A stretch of 64,000 nt of DNA from a candidate division FCPU426 bacterium (GTDB taxonomy: Bacteria > Oederibacteriota > Muellerivitia > Muellerivitales > Muellerivitaceae). Location: the NCBI GenBank assembly GCA_963847625.1, contig CAWKAR010000033.1, positions 64,001-128,000 of the forward strand, in the 5' to 3' direction. The position numbers and the translations under genes are program-made. The notes below the pieces were generated by a model. It was not told where the DNA came from. It made no database searches and saw only the letters and a program-made list of their open reading frames with translations. Below, piece after piece: positions 18,599-27,825 of the stretch (positions are counted from its first letter, which is position 1; every line of letters begins with the position of its first letter).

Positions 18599-20719
18599 CT
18601 AAGGGGAGGAAACATCCAACTCCCTGATTTCCTGAAGGAGCAAAGGGTTTCCGGGGGATTGAACAAGCGCTTTTTCGAACATCCGCCGGGCGTCAGACTT
18701 TTCACCTTCTGTGGCCAATAACCGGCCATATTTTTCACATAAAACCTCGTCCCGGTAACTCTTTCCAAAGGATTGTTGAAACAGATTGGAAAAAGTATGT
18801 CCATTCACCCAGGCGTCCTCCGGGTGGAAAGTCTTCTCCCAAGAATAATTGAAAAGCAATTTCTCGAAAAACAGGGATTGGAGAAATGGATCGGGAGGGA
18901 GAGAGGGATAAAATTCTATCAACCTCGTCAAGATTTTCCGCCGGTTTTGACGGGATGGAATATCGATTATTTGCAAATTGATTTCTTGATTGAAGGCGTA
19001 AAAATCTTTCCAAGAGTTGAATAAGGGAACCAATTTGGGATTTAAAGAAAAAAAGCCCAGCGAATACCGGCTGGAGATTCCAGTTTGTCCAATCGGCAGA
19101 TTCAACCAACGGCTTTGGGGAAATCGAGCGGAAAGAAAGGGAACGTATTGCCTCTCAGTGAACAACGCCGCCCATTGGATCGACACATCTGGAAGTTTCG
19201 GATTCAAGGCGGCATTAAAGAAATAACTGCAGTAGGTTAATGAGTATTCCGGCGGATTAGTGACCATGTCGGAAAAAACGAAACCGGGGCCTTGTTCTTT
19301 AGAAGTCAAATTTAAGAAATCAAAGTAAGCCTTTTGCTCATTTTGGGAATGCAAGTTGATGATCCCGGAGCGGCTGACATCGATGCAGGAGGAGAGAAGA
19401 ATGAAGGCAATAAGGACCGGAATTCTTTTCCCGGGGTTTAAACTAAGAATAAGGGCTTGGAGGCCAATGACGGTAAAAATAAGAAGTATGGGAAGAACGA
19501 GCAATATCCGGTGGAATTCGATATCGCGGGAAAGTATTCCCGGCAGCAGAAACAAAACAGCGGCCCCGCCTAAGAACCGGGAAACGGGTTCCCTACGGAA
19601 TTTGTACAGTTCGACCAACCCCACGAAAAAACAGGAACTTAGGATTACATTCAGGAATCCGCCCCCGAAAGGCCGCCAGGTTCCTTCTGCAAGGCCTCCG
19701 AAGAAAAGACCCGAACCATAGCTGCCGATGAGGCGAACCTGCTTCATCCAATCAAAACCATTCATAAGGGAGTTATCCATAAGATAACCGCCATATTTTT
19801 CCGTCCGGATGGAATAAAGAAAAGGCAATAAAGAAAGGATGAAAAATAATATAAATATAAAAGCGGCTCCGATATTATTTTTAAAGTCTTTCCATAGAAT
19901 CCAACTCATGGTGACGAAAATCAGAAGAAATAAAACTGGCCAGGGGAAGAAAGTATAGGGACCTAATCCCAGAAACAAACCCAACCCGCAGGCCCAGTAT
20001 TTCCGCTTTGAAGGACCGGATTTTAAGAATCGTCCCAAGAAATAAAGGACGCCGAATTCCCAAAGCGGAAGCGTGATCCCCGGAAGAAAAACGTTGCTGA
20101 TGGTGAGCAACCAGTAATGAAAAGCCATCAAGGCAATAAGAATAAAAGCGATTAAACGGGAAAAGTAAATTCGGGCTGCGTGGTACCCCGCCCAGAGTGT
20201 CAATATGGAAATAACCGCAGGCGGGATTTGGGTCCCTAAAAGAGGGGCGTGGGTTGTTTTTAAGACCAGATAACAAAGATAGCTTAAAGTGCTGGGTATC
20301 TGAGAAATATTGACGAATGGAATCCAACGCCAATGATTAAATAAGGCGACGGCTTCGAGGGCATTCAAACTCTCATCCCCGCCCGGCCACCAGTCCGAAC
20401 AGCCCAGTTTGTAGATCCTTAGAACAAGCGATGAGAGGAGAAAGACCAGCCAAATAGGTTGTAATATGGAAACACCTGTTAATTGGCTCTCTAAAACAAA
20501 GGAAGGTTTTTCATTGAGGGGAGGGGTACGGGAAAATTTTAGGAATAAGAAAAGCGGAACCATAAGACCCAACAGCAGGATGAAAAGCTTCGTGTTCATG
20601 GGCCATGAAAAGTATGTTAGAAGAATTTCAGCGATTAATACGACAAAAAAGAAAACCCATGGATGGTGTGAAAGATTCAAATCCTGAAAAAACGGGGTTT
20701 TTAAAGAATGATTTTTCAT
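18599..20719 (-). CDS. GT-C (ArnT/PMT-like) membrane glycosyltransferase + C-terminal TPR, paralog 1
   Basis: Many TM helices, RIYKL...WWPGGDE, GGFLN, GPGFVF, DPFL, TPR-like tail. Confidence 0.8.
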   Translation of the reverse strand: MKNHSLKTPFFQDLNLSHHPWVFFFVVLIAEILLTYFSWPMNTKLFILLLGLMVPLFLFLKFSRTPPLNEKPSFVLESQLTGVSILQPIWLVFLLSSLVLRIYKLGCSDWWPGGDESLNALEAVALFNHWRWIPFVNISQIPSTLSYLCYLVLKTTHAPLLGTQIPPAVISILTLWAGYHAARIYFSRLIAFILIALMAFHYWLLTISNVFLPGITLPLWEFGVLYFLGRFLKSGPSKRKYWACGLGLFLGLGPYTFFPWPVLFLLIFVTMSWILWKDFKNNIGAAFIFILFFILSLLPFLYSIRTEKYGGYLMDNSLMNGFDWMKQVRLIGSYGSGLFFGGLAEGTWRPFGGGFLNVILSSCFFVGLVELYKFRREPVSRFLGGAAVLFLLPGILSRDIEFHRILLVLPILLIFTVIGLQALILSLNPGKRIPVLIAFILLSSCIDVSRSGIINLHSQNEQKAYFDFLNLTSKEQGPGFVFSDMVTNPPEYSLTYCSYFFNAALNPKLPDVSIQWAALFTERQYVPFLSARFPQSRWLNLPIGQTGISSRYSLGFFSLNPKLVPLFNSWKDFYAFNQEINLQIIDIPSRQNRRKILTRLIEFYPSLPPDPFLQSLFFEKLLFNYSWEKTFHPEDAWVNGHTFSNLFQQSFGKSYRDEVLCEKYGRLLATEGEKSDARRMFEKALVQSPGNPLLLQEIRELDVSSP

Positions 20720-20726
20720 TATCGCC

Positions 20727-20942
20727 TCAGTGGAAAAGTGGAAAAGCCAGGCAGCCGATTGTAATCAACCGCCAATCGGCGGCCAGGAAAGGCGCGCCTA
20801 TTCCAATCAAGGCCACCCATAATTTAAAAACCAAGGATGCCGGAGCGCAGTTAAGGAAAAGGCCGGAAAGTGTCCAAATAACCACCAAGAAAATAGGTGA
20901 AAGCCTATCGCCGGGTGTAAGGATCTTCTTATTCAATTTCAA
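20727..20942 (-). pseudogene. Truncated N-terminus of a GT-C+TPR paralog
   Basis: GGAGG RBS; PIFLVVIWTLSGLFLNCAPASLVFKLWVALIGIGAP parallels the family start (PWxYF...LSYxP...KL.I.LLG...P), then stops. Confidence 0.6.
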
Positions 20943-21054
20943 GGATTTACCTCCAGTGCTTTTAGAACCGGGGTGGCAGGCAATAAACCGGTTTTAGTAG
21001 ACAATAGGAATTCTTTTTGCCTGCCGCCAAACCGCTATCAAGAAAATTCTCAAT

Positions 21055-21417
21055 TTACCGGATACCCGTGGCTTTCAACCATTCGTTCAAATGCTTATCG
21101 ATCCCATTCAACCGTTTCACCCATCGGTCATGCAGTTCTTGTGAAAGAAGCACCTTTTTCAGGCAGAGAGACATCAAGGGCACGCATTCGTGGGTGAGGG
21201 CGACCGCATCCTGGAGGAACTTTTGGGTACGCGCCGCACTTTTGGATTTCTGGGCATTGGAAACGGCCTGCGAAAGCGCGTGAACTTTGCGTTTCAATCT
21301 CTCGACAGCGGCGTTTTTCAAGGCCCAGGGCAAGTGCTGGTAGGTCTTGTTGAGCTCACTCGCCAGGTCGTCACACAAAGTGGCAAGGTTGATATTCAAA
21401 AAGTCGGATTCCGTCAC
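21055..21417 (-). CDS. Four-helix-bundle protein (23S rRNA IVP/Avd-like)
   Basis: 120 aa, helical pattern, LP mid-motif, C-terminal LNGIDKHLNEWLK. Confidence 0.65.
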   Translation of the reverse strand: MTESDFLNINLATLCDDLASELNKTYQHLPWALKNAAVERLKRKVHALSQAVSNAQKSKSAARTQKFLQDAVALTHECVPLMSLCLKKVLLSQELHDRWVKRLNGIDKHLNEWLKATGIR

Positions 21418-21569
21418 CTAAAGATTATAGCCACTCGATTGCTTTTGGAATGGTGGAATTATTTTTAAACGTTGGCTACCACGTCATCCTCCCTAAAGCC
21501 ATGATCAATGGTTCGCTTAGAAACTCAAAATTGATTCTTTTTTTGTGGGAAAGTTGGCAGGGGCCACCG

Positions 21570-23762
21570 TTATTGGACATGTATTTTTTTGAGTTGATTT
21601 TGTTCCAGACGATCCAGCTTTTCTAAAGTTTCCTTAGGCGGACGGAAAAATGGATCTAATCGTCCCGCTATTTCATAGGACCGCCGAGCTTCGTGGTATT
21701 TCCCCGATGCAAAAAAAAGGTTTCCTAAGAAATGGTAGTTTTCGGCAGAAGGATAACCTTTCTTTAAACCCCATTGAACAGCCGAAAGAATCCTTGATTC
21801 GGGTTGTCCGGCCGACATCAAGTTATCGACAACCACTTTCCAAAAATGGGACTCTAAAAAAAGATCGCTCTTAAAGAGTTTATGATTTTCAAAGAGCCGG
21901 TAGTTCATGTCTTCACGGAAATGCAAATTCACTGGATTTAAGCTTTCATAAAACAAATCCTGGAGGAATAAATTGGCAATGGACCACCGCTGGAAAGTTT
22001 CAGTATTTTGATTTGTGAGGGATGTCACCATCATCCAATAACGATGAGGAGGAGCGTTTGGGTATAAAGAAGGTCCTAGCTCAAACCATTTTGATTTTGG
22101 AAACCTTTGACTTAGAAACAACACGTCAGGTGTTTCAACCAATACAGCCGCCCAACGTGCCTTTTCAAAGCCCAGGGAGGAATTTCTTTGAGCATCGAAA
22201 GGAAAGCAAGCCACCGTCAGGCTTTGCTCCTTCGGATCTTTTCCCAAGCAGGTTGTGAACTCATTCAAAACTAATCCAGGCTCGCGTGTAACTTGAATCT
22301 GCTTCAGTATTTGGTATGCGTCGTAACACTGCCGTTGTTTGGCGTATTGTTCCCATTTTTCCGGGTGGGATTTCCAAAAATTAGGATAGATCCAAGATAA
22401 ATGAAAAAAATCTATTCCAAAGGAACAAAGACAGATCATTCCCAGAAAGTAGACGGTTTTTTCCCCTGGGAGTCTTATTAACAACACTTGAAAACCAAGC
22501 GCCACACAGAATAACAAGAGGGGTAATACTGGAAGAATTCGAAATATCTCAAAATTACTTGTCAAAAAACCGGGCAGAAGAAAAAGAAGGAAAGCACCCA
22601 TGATCCAACGTACCCATGGATGACGCCGTTGTTGAACAAGTTCAATTAGTCCTAAAAAAAATAAGGTATCCATCAAAGGATTGAGAAAGCCTCCCCAAAG
22701 GGGCCTGTAACCGAACTCATGAATTTCTGGGTCTATTCCCCAAAAAAGGGCAGTTAAGTAGGAACCGGCGATTTGTAGGTAATGAATCAAGGAAATATTA
22801 TTTTTAAAGACCCAAAGACTTTCGAGGTAAGTATTTGTTGGAAGATTTACGTATTGGATAATCAAAGGAATCAGAAGTAAAAAAATCGGGAGAAATCCGA
22901 TTAAAAAGAGAAATATCTGTTGGCCCGTTTTTTTAATTGAACGCAGGGAGCAAAGATAGGCTATGCCGATCATGAACGCGATGAGAGGCCAGTGGAGATT
23001 GATATAGAAACCAAGACCCAGGCCAAGACTCAGGCATAAACCCCTTCGAATTTTTAACTCAAAAGATCGCGCATGCAGGTAATGACCCAGAAGAAGCAGA
23101 CAAAAACACTCCCAAAAGGGAATTAGAATGGGGGAAATATTAAATCGCCCAAGATAGAGGGGCCAGAAACAAAATGACCAAAATAACGCCATTAAAGTAG
23201 AGAAAGATTTCGAAAAAAAATGTCTGGAAGCCAAGTATCCCATAGTCAATGTTCCCATTGAAATTAAAGCGGGAAAAAGCCAAAGCGAAAACAGGGAAGG
23301 AGGAATAATTTTGAAAAAAAGAGCTAATAACCAATAAAAACCTGGTGGCAAATGACTGATGCCGAAGAAAAGATTCCAATGCCATTGGTGATTCAATTGC
23401 GTGGCAAAAAAAGCAGAAGCACCTTCGTCGGTTGTGGGCCAGACCGGAAGGTCGGTAAGTTTGTAAAGCCGTACGGCCAAAGCCAGCCCGATCAGGGTGG
23501 TCCAGAACCAAAGGGGCAAGGCCGGTAAGGATTCATATGCCCAAGGAGGTTTATTCTTTGGCTCGGGAGCATGGCGGACCAGGATGGCGGCGGCCATAAT
23601 GGGAAGGAAACCCAGCAGGAAAATCCAAAATTGTCCCGACAAAGGGAGGGGGGCATAAGACAATATGGCACTCAATAATCCAAGAGAAACAAAGTAGATC
23701 CATGGATTTTTAGGCAAGGCTTGAGTAAATTGGGCATGGTCGGATGAGAAATTCCAAGTCAA
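21570..23762 (-). CDS. GT-C + TPR, paralog 2
   Basis: RLYKLTDLPVWPTTDEG, WGGFLNP, GYP, TPR tail; TTG start with GGGGAG RBS. Confidence 0.8.
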   Translation of the reverse strand: MTWNFSSDHAQFTQALPKNPWIYFVSLGLLSAILSYAPLPLSGQFWIFLLGFLPIMAAAILVRHAPEPKNKPPWAYESLPALPLWFWTTLIGLALAVRLYKLTDLPVWPTTDEGASAFFATQLNHQWHWNLFFGISHLPPGFYWLLALFFKIIPPSLFSLWLFPALISMGTLTMGYLASRHFFSKSFSTLMALFWSFCFWPLYLGRFNISPILIPFWECFCLLLLGHYLHARSFELKIRRGLCLSLGLGLGFYINLHWPLIAFMIGIAYLCSLRSIKKTGQQIFLFLIGFLPIFLLLIPLIIQYVNLPTNTYLESLWVFKNNISLIHYLQIAGSYLTALFWGIDPEIHEFGYRPLWGGFLNPLMDTLFFLGLIELVQQRRHPWVRWIMGAFLLFLLPGFLTSNFEIFRILPVLPLLLFCVALGFQVLLIRLPGEKTVYFLGMICLCSFGIDFFHLSWIYPNFWKSHPEKWEQYAKQRQCYDAYQILKQIQVTREPGLVLNEFTTCLGKDPKEQSLTVACFPFDAQRNSSLGFEKARWAAVLVETPDVLFLSQRFPKSKWFELGPSLYPNAPPHRYWMMVTSLTNQNTETFQRWSIANLFLQDLFYESLNPVNLHFREDMNYRLFENHKLFKSDLFLESHFWKVVVDNLMSAGQPESRILSAVQWGLKKGYPSAENYHFLGNLFFASGKYHEARRSYEIAGRLDPFFRPPKETLEKLDRLEQNQLKKIHVQ

Positions 23763-24014
23763 TTCATTTTCTCCCCACGGAAGAGGCTTTTCTCCAATAG
23801 GAAAATTCCAATCGAAGAAATTTTTTCGGCAAATTTTCCATATTTTTTAATCTTAACACACCTTTTCAAAGGGTCCAATTTGAATCCCAAACTTTTCATC
23901 CAGAAACCCTTTTGTGCCGGAACCAAGTTCCTTTTCCCGTCGTTTTTTTATCGCCTGACCAGTGTGGAAGATATAATTTAGAATCACTCTTGAAAATTCA
24001 GAAAGAAGTTCTCA

Positions 24015-25556
24015 TTGAATCGAGAAGAAAAAACCAAGGTCTTCGAGTATATCGCTTTTACCATAATGGCGGTAATCATTTGCCTGGAGCGATGGCACAC
24101 CTACCTGGAACCGCTCGAGCGGGACATTACGACTTACGCAGTCATTGGACACGAACTGCTTTCAGGCAGAAAACTTTATTCGGATCTTTGGGATTGCAAA
24201 CCTCCCGTCCTTTACTTTTCCTTTTCCATGGCGGAAGTCCTGGCCGGATACGGTCCCTCCGAAATCTACCTGCTCAATATCCTAACGGGCCTTTTGACCC
24301 TGTGGGGCGTGTACCGGGCGGGCTGCCGGATCGGCGGAAGGGCAGGAGGCCTGTGGGCTTCCCTTTTTTGGTCGGTTCTTTCAGGTGACCTTTACCTTCA
24401 AGCCAACCAGCCGAATATCGAAGTTTTCCTTAACGCATGCCTCACTTGGGCTTTTGTCTTTTGGCTGGGAGTCGGCGAAAAAAAATTTGATGCGCGAAAG
24501 GGGGCGGCCGTCGGGTTTTTACTTGCTTTAGCCTCGCTTTATAAACATGTTTTCATTTTCAGTGACATCCTGATGGGCCTGCTTTACCTGGGTTTACAAT
24601 GGAAAAATCATCTTGCCAGGCGAGCCGCTTATTCCATGGTTCTTTGGATTTTTGGGTTTTTATCCGCAACCTGGGTCCTCCTGGTGGGGTACTTCGCCCT
24701 GACCCAGCGGATAAAAGACTTCATAGGCGCTATCGTTATCTACAATTTTTTCAACAATCACTTCGGTGTTGGCCGGGTTTCCATTTTTCTAGAGTTCTTC
24801 CAACACAATCAAACCGGTATGGAATTCCCGATTTTTATCCTACCCCTTTTGTTGTTGAGCTTAGGAGGGATTTTATTCCGCGATGAAAAAAATATTCAAC
24901 CTTGGCTTTTATGGTTGGTTTTTCTCATTTCCTCTGAAGCCGCCCTTTTTGCACCTGGTCTCTTCCTTCCCCATTATTACCAACTCCTGCTGCCATGGCT
25001 TGTGATCGGAGGAGGTTGGAGTTCGGCCCGATTGGGACAAGTCCTTTCTGGTCGATGGAAAAAAACTTCCCTTTTACCCGGAATTCTCGTGCTCCTTATC
25101 CTGATTTTCCATGAAGCGCCCTTTTACCAGTGGCCGGCGGTGACTTGGTCGGAAAAAAAATACGGGGACGTTTTTACACAAACGGTCGATTTGGCGAAAA
25201 GGGTCGATCAAATCCTAGAACCAGGTGAGACCTTTTATGAATGGGGGAACGAAACGGGCCTTTATTTTCTGACAAAAAGGTCCCCTCCTTGTGGGCTTTT
25301 TTATGGTTTTCCGCTGATGATTTCCAACTTGACGGATACCTTAAGCCTCAAAACCATTGAGCAACTGGGAAAAAACAAACCCGAGCTTTTCATTTTTTAC
25401 ACAGGTTATCTGCCAGAAGGCTGGGGGCGGAATCCTCTAATGGTTTGGCTCCGGGAACATTACCGATTATTGCCTGGTGAAAAAAAAGGGGGGAAATTCC
25501 TTTTTCTGATGCGAAAAGGAGGGCGTTTGGAAAAAAGGCTTTCCGATAAGATCTGA
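24015..25556 (+). CDS. GT-C-like membrane glycosyltransferase (second subfamily)
   Basis: PLERDITTYAV, DLWDCKPP, PN.EVF, PHYYQ; homologous to 43791..45377. Confidence 0.75.
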   Translation: MNREEKTKVFEYIAFTIMAVIICLERWHTYLEPLERDITTYAVIGHELLSGRKLYSDLWDCKPPVLYFSFSMAEVLAGYGPSEIYLLNILTGLLTLWGVYRAGCRIGGRAGGLWASLFWSVLSGDLYLQANQPNIEVFLNACLTWAFVFWLGVGEKKFDARKGAAVGFLLALASLYKHVFIFSDILMGLLYLGLQWKNHLARRAAYSMVLWIFGFLSATWVLLVGYFALTQRIKDFIGAIVIYNFFNNHFGVGRVSIFLEFFQHNQTGMEFPIFILPLLLLSLGGILFRDEKNIQPWLLWLVFLISSEAALFAPGLFLPHYYQLLLPWLVIGGGWSSARLGQVLSGRWKKTSLLPGILVLLILIFHEAPFYQWPAVTWSEKKYGDVFTQTVDLAKRVDQILEPGETFYEWGNETGLYFLTKRSPPCGLFYGFPLMISNLTDTLSLKTIEQLGKNKPELFIFYTGYLPEGWGRNPLMVWLREHYRLLPGEKKGGKFLFLMRKGGRLEKRLSDKI

Positions 25557-25662
25557 GATCACAAGAGTCGCTGTTCCATTTAAAAGTCCCCATGGAATTC
25601 AAGCAATTTTCGAAGAAAAGAAGGCCAAGGATTAATCGAAAGGTTGGAAAGAATCCGGGATT

Positions 25663-27825
25663 TCATGGCAGAAACTTTCTGGAATCGGTTAGATCAAGAG
25701 GCGCTTTGATAGCCCGCTGGAAAGCGCGTTTGGCCCGGTGCTTGTTTCCTGCCATAAGCCAGTAAATTCCCTGCTGGTAATACAAGTGGGCGGCCGGATA
25801 ACCATGTTTAGAGGCATATTCCAAAGCCGACAAACTTTCTTTTAGGGCAGATTCGTTTAAAAGGGCCTCCGGAACGGGTTGGTTGATGATTTCTGAACGC
25901 GCAGGGGTGTCGTCCACATGGAGCGCTTTTAAAAAATTCTGTTGGAAACAAAGAAGCGATTCCATTTCACCATAGGCAGATTCCAGAAAGGGATCACCTT
26001 GAAGCCAAGGTGACGCCTGACACAAGCTTTTCCGAAGATCGTCATAACCATGATGCGGGACAAGGTAATTAAATTGGTCCCAGAAGGGGTTTAAGGCCCG
26101 GTCCGCGGACTTCCAAAGATCCAGGGTTTCACGGAGGGCGGGGGTGAGAGGGGAGACCCATAACATCAAACCCCCGTCGGATGGGGGATGATTCTTGTTC
26201 AACCAATAAACCTTCCCCCCGGGGAACCTTTTTTCAAGGAAAGGCTGATAATTCACGTTTGTTAAAAGTCCCACCCAAGGGGTTTCTCCCTTCCGGGCTT
26301 GTCCGTGAAGAAGGTTGAATGAATAGGTACCAAAATCGATGTAGGGCGTCCAGGGTTTGCGGACAAACCGGGTAAAGATATAACCGGGCCCTTTTTCGGA
26401 TTGAAGACGTTCCAGAAGATGGTAAGTCTGAAACATTTCAGGTAGCCCTGTATCGCGATTGGCGGCATCCCGGCTTTTACTAAGGTTCACCATGTCCAGC
26501 CCAAAGGAAAGCAACAGAACCAACCCCAGGAGTCCTCTGTAAAAGGGGATCCGGATTCTGGACAAAAGGGCGAAAAAACCCAGGACCACCGTTCCCATGA
26601 AAAAAGGGATGAGGGAAATGACGTGGAACCAGTTCGTATTGTTCGCCAGGAGGCATGGAATAAAAAGAACGGCAAAACCTAGACCCACCCACCGAACCAA
26701 AGCCTGACGCCGCCATTTCCAGAGGATCCCGGTTCCGATAAAGAAAAAAGCCCCCTCTATGGGATTCAAAAACCCGCCCCACTGGGAGTTATAAGCGAAA
26801 TTAACTTTCCACCCTTCCCAGAAAAATGCCGTGAAATAATCCAGGTTCCGCCAGGGACTCCAAGGGATGATGTTTTCCGGATTAGGATGGGACCAGAAAA
26901 TACTGGAGAGGTATCCTCCAAAATCCGCCTGCAAAGCGGCCAGGATCAGCGGTGCGACGGCTAGGACAGAACCCGCGAGAAACCAGGACATATTTAGGGA
27001 GCTTAAAATTCCTTTTCGAACGCCTGCCCACACCGTAAGGCCCATCAATAGGGCAACCAAAGGCCAGCCGAAATAAGTATAAAATCCGGCGCCCACCCAC
27101 AGGCCCAGAAGGAAGGGAAGGGTTTTTTGCGAGGAGGAGACACCTTTTGAAAACAATTTCGCCAGGATCCAAAAGCCGACCGATTCCCAAAAAAACATCA
27201 AAACCGCTTGGTGGGAAAATCGTCCTACAAAACAAGGCCAGAATTGAATGCATAATAAAGCCAGGAAGGCGAAAGCGAAAGAACGGGATACTCTGGGCCG
27301 CAGGGCTTTATAGAAAAAAAATATTGAAACAGCCGAGAGAAAAGCCGGGAACCCCCAAAGGGAAACGAAGGAGACCCCGGCAACCTTGTAAACTCCCGCC
27401 AGAAGCCAGATATAAAATGGAGGCAATTGACTCCAATTGAAAAAGAACTCCCACGTCCATTTTTCCTTAAGCCGGATCGCGCAGAGGGCGTTGTTGATTT
27501 CGTCGAGCAATGGATAGTCCAAAAAAGTCGTCAATCGATAGAACCTAGTCAGCCCTCCCAGCGCCAATACCAGAAACCAAACCCATGGGGACGGGGAGGA
27601 AAACAATTCCTTCCGGTAAGGGGGTTCTTCCAGGGGGGAAGCCTTCGGCATGGAGCTTATCCACAATCCCAGAGGCAGAAGCCAACCTAGAAAACCAATC
27701 CACAGCTTGGCTTGAAGAGGCAAGGGGACATAAGCCAATAGGCCGTTGACCAAGGCGAAAAGCCAAAAGAAGGGCCAGGGATTTTGAAAGAGATTTTTCG
27801 ACCGTGTTTTGTTATGGCTTTTCAT
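25663..27825 (-). CDS. GT-C + TPR, paralog 3
   Basis: RFYRL...YPLLDE, WGGFLNP, GPGYIF, DPFLES, GYPAAHLY. Confidence 0.8.
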   Translation of the reverse strand: MKSHNKTRSKNLFQNPWPFFWLFALVNGLLAYVPLPLQAKLWIGFLGWLLPLGLWISSMPKASPLEEPPYRKELFSSPSPWVWFLVLALGGLTRFYRLTTFLDYPLLDEINNALCAIRLKEKWTWEFFFNWSQLPPFYIWLLAGVYKVAGVSFVSLWGFPAFLSAVSIFFFYKALRPRVSRSFAFAFLALLCIQFWPCFVGRFSHQAVLMFFWESVGFWILAKLFSKGVSSSQKTLPFLLGLWVGAGFYTYFGWPLVALLMGLTVWAGVRKGILSSLNMSWFLAGSVLAVAPLILAALQADFGGYLSSIFWSHPNPENIIPWSPWRNLDYFTAFFWEGWKVNFAYNSQWGGFLNPIEGAFFFIGTGILWKWRRQALVRWVGLGFAVLFIPCLLANNTNWFHVISLIPFFMGTVVLGFFALLSRIRIPFYRGLLGLVLLLSFGLDMVNLSKSRDAANRDTGLPEMFQTYHLLERLQSEKGPGYIFTRFVRKPWTPYIDFGTYSFNLLHGQARKGETPWVGLLTNVNYQPFLEKRFPGGKVYWLNKNHPPSDGGLMLWVSPLTPALRETLDLWKSADRALNPFWDQFNYLVPHHGYDDLRKSLCQASPWLQGDPFLESAYGEMESLLCFQQNFLKALHVDDTPARSEIINQPVPEALLNESALKESLSALEYASKHGYPAAHLYYQQGIYWLMAGNKHRAKRAFQRAIKAPLDLTDSRKFLP

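Noticed and set aside
21055..21417. Diversity-generating retroelement
   Set aside because: No reverse transcriptase ORF and no TR/VR pair. The near-identical repeat in the window is an hpnD start, not a C-terminal variable region.
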